Source: Promethearchaeum syntrophicum (GTDB taxonomy: Archaea; Asgardarchaeota; Lokiarchaeia; Sigyniarchaeales; Promethearchaeaceae). Taken from it: a DNA stretch of 32,000 nt. The DNA is taken from positions 2,280,001-2,312,000 of the forward strand of contig NZ_CP042905.2 in the NCBI RefSeq assembly GCF_008000775.2, in the 5' to 3' direction. Within the stretch, counting starts at the first letter, position 1; every line of letters begins with the position of its first letter. The position numbers and the translations under genes were made by a program. Positions 27,601 to 32,000 of the stretch are shown here, one piece after another. The notes below the pieces were generated by a model, which worked only from the letters and a program-made list of their open reading frames with translations, did no database searches and was not told the DNA's origin.

Positions 27601-27865
27601 CTTTAAAATTATTATCATCAGTAGATTCTGCTATTGATTTTATCATTTTATTGATTAATTCAATTTGTGGATTAAGTGTTTTCGAATTTTTTACTTGTGC
27701 TAATGCCTTATAAGTTACGTTTGCTATGTAATTAGAAAGATTTTTTATCGAATCATTATTTCCCATCTTATTTTTTTCAATTTTAATCGATTCAACCTCT
27801 TTCTTTAGATTAAATTGAAAATATTGGTTAATAATTTGTTCGTAAAGCCCTCTTTTTAATTTCAT
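24692..27865 (-). CDS. PLD-family nuclease domain plus SF2 helicase plus DUF3427-like C-terminal region
   Basis: PLD '[40 protein letters not shown]'; Walker A '[13 protein letters not shown]'; DEFHH; '[13 protein letters not shown]'; motif VI '[12 protein letters not shown]'; C-term '…[32 protein letters not shown]'. Confidence 0.93.
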   Translation of the reverse strand: [1057 protein letters not shown]

Positions 27866-28090
27866 AATGAATCTCTTTCTTAGTTATTTTGTGTTTGCTT
27901 TATGATTTAAATTTTTCCAATCATTTGGTTGGAAATTGGTTTTTTATTTTCATGATACTAATATAGTGGTCTGTTTATTTAGATATTGATCACTATGAAA
28001 GAAATCTTAAGAAGTAATTCCAGTAAAAGATATTAATAGGGGTAAATTATCAGTATCTTTTTCCATGCATTTTCCAATATACCATTTTAT

Positions 28091-28258
28091 TTACAAAGTT
28101 TTTCCAGATCCAGGATTTCCAACAATAAAATCTAACTCAGATCGTTCAAATATTATTAACATATGTTGCATTAATTTTGCTTTTGGCCAAACATAGTCCT
28201 TATAACAAACAGAAGCATCAGTTTTGGGTGTTATTTTATCTTCATCTAAATCAGGCAT
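28091..28258 (-). pseudogene. 55-aa remnant ending immediately after a Walker A-like motif
   Basis: MPDLDEDKITPKTDASVCYKDYVWPKAKLMQHMLIIFERSELDFIVGNPGSGKTL*. It is below the ORF-track cutoff. GNPGSGKT fits GxxxxGKT, while 'LDFIVGNP' also resembles N6-adenine methyltransferase motif IV. Confidence 0.5.
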
Positions 28259-28563
28259 TTTCTTTCCTTTTGATTAAATTTTTTGAATATATTATTTCAA
28301 TATACATTAGCAGTTCGAATCATTTCTAAAATCATAGAATCTTTGGATACTTCAGTTCCTGAACCCAAATATCTAAAAATAGAAAACTCATAATCCATGG
28401 TAATAAAAAAAATGGGAAAACTAAAATTATAATGATTGATAAATTTATATAGATAAAGTGATTCGGGTAATAAAGAAAAGAAACCTATGACTTCTAATGG
28501 TTAAAAAATAAAACAGAACTCTCTTTTCTCCTGGTTTTTTTCATTGGCTCTCCCAGGTTTAAT

Positions 28564-29103
28564 TCATAATTTGAATATAAATACTGGGGATTTAGTACTT
28601 TTTTTTTTTTTTAAATCAAGTATTTTCGATCTGTGTTGGTTGAAGAAATCTAACAACTTATCTCCATCATAAACAGCAAAATAATCTTCTTCTTCAACTC
28701 GATGACCCATTCCAATTATAAATGAATCAAATTCTGGATTTAGTAATTCATAACATTCGGATGAAATTTCTAATAATTCTTTTATTTCTGTAATAGACAT
28801 ATTTAATTCAGGATTCTCAACAAATCCGTGATAATTTTCATCATCATCATAAGTCCGGATCTCATCGTACCATAAATTAACCTCTTCATATAATTCCTCT
28901 TCATTATCAATTTCAAAAATAGATTCAGCAATTTGACACAGTTTAAACATGTCATAAAATACAATAGGGTGTTCTCCAAAATTCCAAGAAATCCCAAGAA
29001 TTGCCTTATCATAGACTTCCCTTAAAAGTTTTATATTTGGGTTGAGATTTTTAATTCGGAGTCTTTTATTTTTTATATAATCTGGAGATCTATGCTTCTT
29101 CAT
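28564..29103 (-). CDS. hypothetical protein, acidic
   Basis: ORF track gives 28564..29136 from a TTG; ATG at 29101-29103 (MKKHRSPDYI) is more plausible. No family recognised. Confidence 0.6.
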   Translation of the reverse strand: MKKHRSPDYIKNKRLRIKNLNPNIKLLREVYDKAILGISWNFGEHPIVFYDMFKLCQIAESIFEIDNEEELYEEVNLWYDEIRTYDDDENYHGFVENPELNMSITEIKELLEISSECYELLNPEFDSFIIGMGHRVEEEDYFAVYDGDKLLDFFNQHRSKILDLKKKKSTKSPVFIFKL

Positions 29104-29271
29104 AACTGAAAAATGGTTTCCATAACTTAAAAACAAATCATTAAGGAATTCATAAAATTTTGGAAAAACTACAAAAAAAAAGGATATTTTGAAGACTTAT
29201 ATATCAGTGTCGATTGTTTAAATTTTAAATAGGTTATAAATTCTAAAAAACATTTACTAGTATTATCAATT

Positions 29272-30375
29272 TTAGATCATCTCATTTGGATGATTTTTCT
29301 CAATCCATTCAAAAATATCTGCTTGGACTATCATTTGTAAACCTGCATTTTTTTTCGATTGCGATTTACTCTTTCCAAATCCAATCTCAAAAAATAAATT
29401 TCCATTAATTGAGAGATTTAGCAATGTTAATTCTCCTTCATCTAAAGAAGCAGACCAAGATGCTCCACTAACATCACTTAAACGAGCACTAAGTAATAAT
29501 AGTGTTCCAAAAGGATTTTTACCGCTTTTTCTCATAAACCAATCAGAAAGTTTTTCTCCGGTCTTTGTAGAAAGATTTATTTGAGAATTAGAATTTTTTT
29601 CATGATTTGGTTGTGTAAATACAATCTCCTTTTCCTTTAAGGAAATTTTTACATTAGTTTTTATATTTTTAGGAATTGCATAATTATTTACTTCAGTAAA
29701 TGTGTTTTCTTGACTAAGATCATTAGAAATTCCATGAATTTCATTATACATTCTCCTTGCGGTTTCCCGTCTACAATCTTTTTTATTATTATGTAATCCA
29801 CTTGATACAGAATATTTTCGGTTATCTATCTCAAGTTCATATTTTGCTTCATAAATAGGTAAATGTTCTTCTCCATCAACACGTTCTGGTTTTATATCAG
29901 GCATACTTTCTTTTGTTTTACCTTGATAATATTCATTCAATTTTCCAATCCAATTTACATCAAGGAAATTCCTTTCTGATGCAATTTCATAAAGATGTAT
30001 AATTTTTTTTGTAGTATAATCTTCTCCATTTATTTTTCTGGATACTTCAATTAAAGATTCTACAGTTTCTTTTATATCCTTATTAGTAATATCTTGGTTG
30101 TTATCTATGGGGTGTAAATAACTTGGAATTTCAAGATATTTGCCGATTTCAACCAAAGTTCGCTCATTATGAAATTCTTGCTTTTTTTGCGTAATTATTC
30201 CAGAATCAGTTATTCCGATTTCATTAAAATTGGCAATTAATGATGTATCTAAGAATTTATCACCAATTAGAGCTAAACCTTTAAATTCGGGACCACCCCC
30301 ACACGAAGGAGGTCTTATTGCTAATTGAAATAAATCGCTATTTCTATCTAAATTGAAAAATTTTTCTGCTAACAT
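29272..30375 (-). CDS. degenerate RNase III-like domain with two dsRNA-binding-like regions
   Basis: 'LFQLAIRPPSCGGGPEFKGLALIGDKFLDTSLIANF' parallels RNase III 'L..ALTHPS…NERLEFLGDAVLD'; 'KETVESLIEV' parallels 'ADxxEAliGA'. dsRBD-like 'PIYEAKYELEIDNRKYSVSSGLHNNKKDCRRETARRMYNEI' and C-terminal 'NLFFEIGFGKSKSQSKKNAGLQMI'. The annotated start at 30390 is a GTG; ATG at 30375 fits the TATA box better. Confidence 0.6.
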   Translation of the reverse strand: MLAEKFFNLDRNSDLFQLAIRPPSCGGGPEFKGLALIGDKFLDTSLIANFNEIGITDSGIITQKKQEFHNERTLVEIGKYLEIPSYLHPIDNNQDITNKDIKETVESLIEVSRKINGEDYTTKKIIHLYEIASERNFLDVNWIGKLNEYYQGKTKESMPDIKPERVDGEEHLPIYEAKYELEIDNRKYSVSSGLHNNKKDCRRETARRMYNEIHGISNDLSQENTFTEVNNYAIPKNIKTNVKISLKEKEIVFTQPNHEKNSNSQINLSTKTGEKLSDWFMRKSGKNPFGTLLLLSARLSDVSGASWSASLDEGELTLLNLSINGNLFFEIGFGKSKSQSKKNAGLQMIVQADIFEWIEKNHPNEMI

Positions 30376-30405
30376 TTGATTTATTACCACTTTTTGTATT
30401 GTTTG

Positions 30406-30414
30406 ATATATTTA
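30406..30414 (-). promoter_or_regulatory. TATA-box-like element for the RNase III-like gene
   Basis: Minus strand 'acataaatatatcaaac', about 31-39 nt upstream of the ATG at 30375. Confidence 0.45.
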
Positions 30415-30591
30415 TGTTGTTTATCTTGCAATTTAATTCTTCTATTTTTATGATTGATTAAGATACTTAGGATCTTGATTTTCATAATCGAAATATTCAA
30501 TAACACAGTGAATTCATTGAAAACTTTTCTCTCTCCGTATGATTTTTTAAAATTAAACAAAATTAATGCTTTATCCTAAAAATGAAATAAA

Positions 30592-30599
30592 TATATAAA
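30592..30599 (+). promoter_or_regulatory. TATA-box-like element for the STAND-like NTPase gene
   Basis: 'aaatATATAAAtaag', 27-34 nt upstream of the ATG at 30626. Implies a leaderless or short-leader mRNA. Confidence 0.5.
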
Positions 30600-30625
30600 T
30601 AAGACAATACAATTTTATTCATAAA

Positions 30626-32000
30626 ATGCCAAAAAAGAAAGAAAAAAATTCTAATCAATTACCAAATGAAAAATCAGAGAAATGGAAGAATTTTAAAAAA
30701 AATGCCGCTAAAGGGCTTAAAACCACATTAAAATGGGCATTAATGATAGGACCTGTATTTATCCCTGCAGCAACCCCTATAAGTGCATGTGTATCTTTTA
30801 TTAGTCAATTTCTGTCAAAACAACTTCATATGGAAATTGATGAAAAACAAATTTCTGACAGATTATCCAAAGATACAAATTCCATCTCATCAAAATTGAT
30901 TACTTCAGAGATAATTAATCACCTAAAAACTAAAAATAAATCCATAACTAACAAAAAATCTATTGAAATTGAGGATACTCTCATAAAACTCGAAAAATCC
31001 CTTGAATATATCCAAAAAAACCAAGAACGAGATCCTGATTCTTTTAAGGAAGTTTATCAGGGATTTTTAGAAGAGTTAAAAGAGGAAAATATTGAGAATT
31101 ATTCAAAACTACAAAAAGTCATTAGTAAGCAAAATGATTTCTTCGACTCCTTTAATCAAAATATCGTTGGATTTTTAGATGATATAAAACAACCCTTATG
31201 GAATTCAAAATTTCAAAATCAGAAGAAAATTCTGGAGTATACTGATGATGACTTACAATTTTTTTGCCAAAAACAACTCGAAATAGAAGAAATCTCATCT
31301 AGATATGATGAACCATATGATAAGGAGCGTTTTGTCCCAGTACAAAAATTAGAAGACGAGTTTGAACGTTTTTCTAAGAATTTGCAAAATAAAGTCAGTA
31401 AAGAGCGTATTTTCCTAATGTTAGGACATATGGGACTAGGAAAAACATGGAATGCTTCCTATATTGGATATAAATATAATGATCAAATTCCAACCTTTAT
31501 TTTTAATTTAGGAACCGCTTTTGAAACAAAATTTGAAAATTGTTTTGGAGATTTATTTGAAAAGAATCCTTTAGAGAACTATTTCAAACGTAAAACTTCA
31601 AACCAATATGGGGAAAAATTATTACTTATTTTTGATGGTTTTGATGAAATTCTACCAAATGAACGTGAAGATATTTTCAATTCAATTATTAATTTGGTTA
31701 AAACGAATCCCAACAAATTAATTATCTTCCTAACTTCACGTCTTGTAGACTGGATTCATACCCCAGTTGTATATTCAAAAGCACGGTCTTATCGAAATTA
31801 TATTTTTCAAAATCAACAATTTGATTCTTTTGAAGATATTTCTATACCGACTGGGGCAAGTTTTATTCTTTCTGATATAAATGATTCCACTTTCCTTAAA
31901 GAAATTACCTCAAAGTATGAAATTGATTATGATTTGATTCAAAACCCTAAGATAAAAATTCTTTTACATAAACCCTTTATTGTTAAACTAATTTCTTCGC
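30626..32000 (+). CDS. partial NACHT/STAND-like P-loop NTPase with N-terminal hydrophobic and coiled-coil region (continues past window end)
   Basis: I translated this open frame by hand; it is missing from the ORF track. MPKKKEKNSNQLPNEKSEKWKNFKKNAAKGLKTTLKWALMIGPVFIPAATPISACVSFISQFLSKQL… Walker A 'IFLMLGHMGLGKTWNASYIGYKY'; Walker B 'GEKLLLIFDGFDEILPNER'; sensor-like 'NKLIIFLTSRLVDW'. No in-frame stop to position 32000 (about 458 codons). Confidence 0.88.
   Translation, partial: MPKKKEKNSNQLPNEKSEKWKNFKKNAAKGLKTTLKWALMIGPVFIPAATPISACVSFISQFLSKQLHMEIDEKQISDRLSKDTNSISSKLITSEIINHLKTKNKSITNKKSIEIEDTLIKLEKSLEYIQKNQERDPDSFKEVYQGFLEELKEENIENYSKLQKVISKQNDFFDSFNQNIVGFLDDIKQPLWNSKFQNQKKILEYTDDDLQFFCQKQLEIEEISSRYDEPYDKERFVPVQKLEDEFERFSKNLQNKVSKERIFLMLGHMGLGKTWNASYIGYKYNDQIPTFIFNLGTAFETKFENCFGDLFEKNPLENYFKRKTSNQYGEKLLLIFDGFDEILPNEREDIFNSIINLVKTNPNKLIIFLTSRLVDWIHTPVVYSKARSYRNYIFQNQQFDSFEDISIPTGASFILSDINDSTFLKEITSKYEIDYDLIQNPKIKILLHKPFIVKLISS

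Noticed and set aside
28803-29012. 69-aa minus-strand ORF
   Set aside because: Alternative frame of the 28564..29103 gene.
1-32000. CRISPR arrays, tRNA and rRNA genes, transposases or integrases
   Set aside because: None seen on reading. No regularly spaced repeat/spacer pattern, no tRNA T-arm/anticodon arrangement, and no DDE/serine/tyrosine recombinase motifs in the ORFs. Small or divergent tRNAs cannot be excluded without a tRNAscan run.
24692-32000. Assignment to a named defence system (e.g. Avs, DISARM, Zorya, BREX)
   Set aside because: The component set does not match any named system I can justify from sequence alone, and the STAND gene is incomplete.

Overview
This is a 32 kb AT-rich window that looks archaeal. 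Support for that: TATA-like boxes about 25-35 nt upstream of starts, short or absent leaders, zinc-ribbon and wHTH mini-proteins, NosD-like and C1A surface proteins ending in an 'IPGY'-TM-Lys/Arg tail, and abundant leucine-rich repeats. An Asgard/Lokiarchaeia-type host is my inference, not shown. Confident calls: an LVIVD/beta-propeller-like membrane protein; a hybrid Cache-HAMP-HisKA-HATPase-REC histidine kinase; a TIGR04076-like protein; a secreted C1A cysteine protease with tandem FN3-like repeats; an SDS22-like LRR/zinc/coiled-coil protein; a DEDD exonuclease-LRR fusion; a zinc-ribbon/Q-rich membrane protein; a class II Fic protein; a NosD-like beta-helix protein built from a tandem ~265-aa duplication; a CBM9-like plus multi-TM protein; a secreted/anchored thermonuclease; a PLD-SF2 helicase-DUF3427 protein; a probable degenerate RNase III with dsRNA-binding-like regions; and a NACHT/STAND-like P-loop NTPase that runs off the right edge and is absent from the supplied ORF track. 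The best candidate for an undescribed system is the right-hand block (24.7-32 kb), especially the divergent pair RNase III/dsRBD-like and membrane-associated STAND NTPase. The 11.5-17.85 kb block is also notable: LRR/exonuclease/Fic genes bounded by two direct copies of a ~72 bp repeat. Other non-coding signals are a 160 bp dispersed element with conserved inverted repeats, a perfect 18 bp palindrome plus T-run behind the protease gene, and a candidate structured RNA near 3.1-3.25 kb. No tRNA, rRNA or CRISPR array was recognised.
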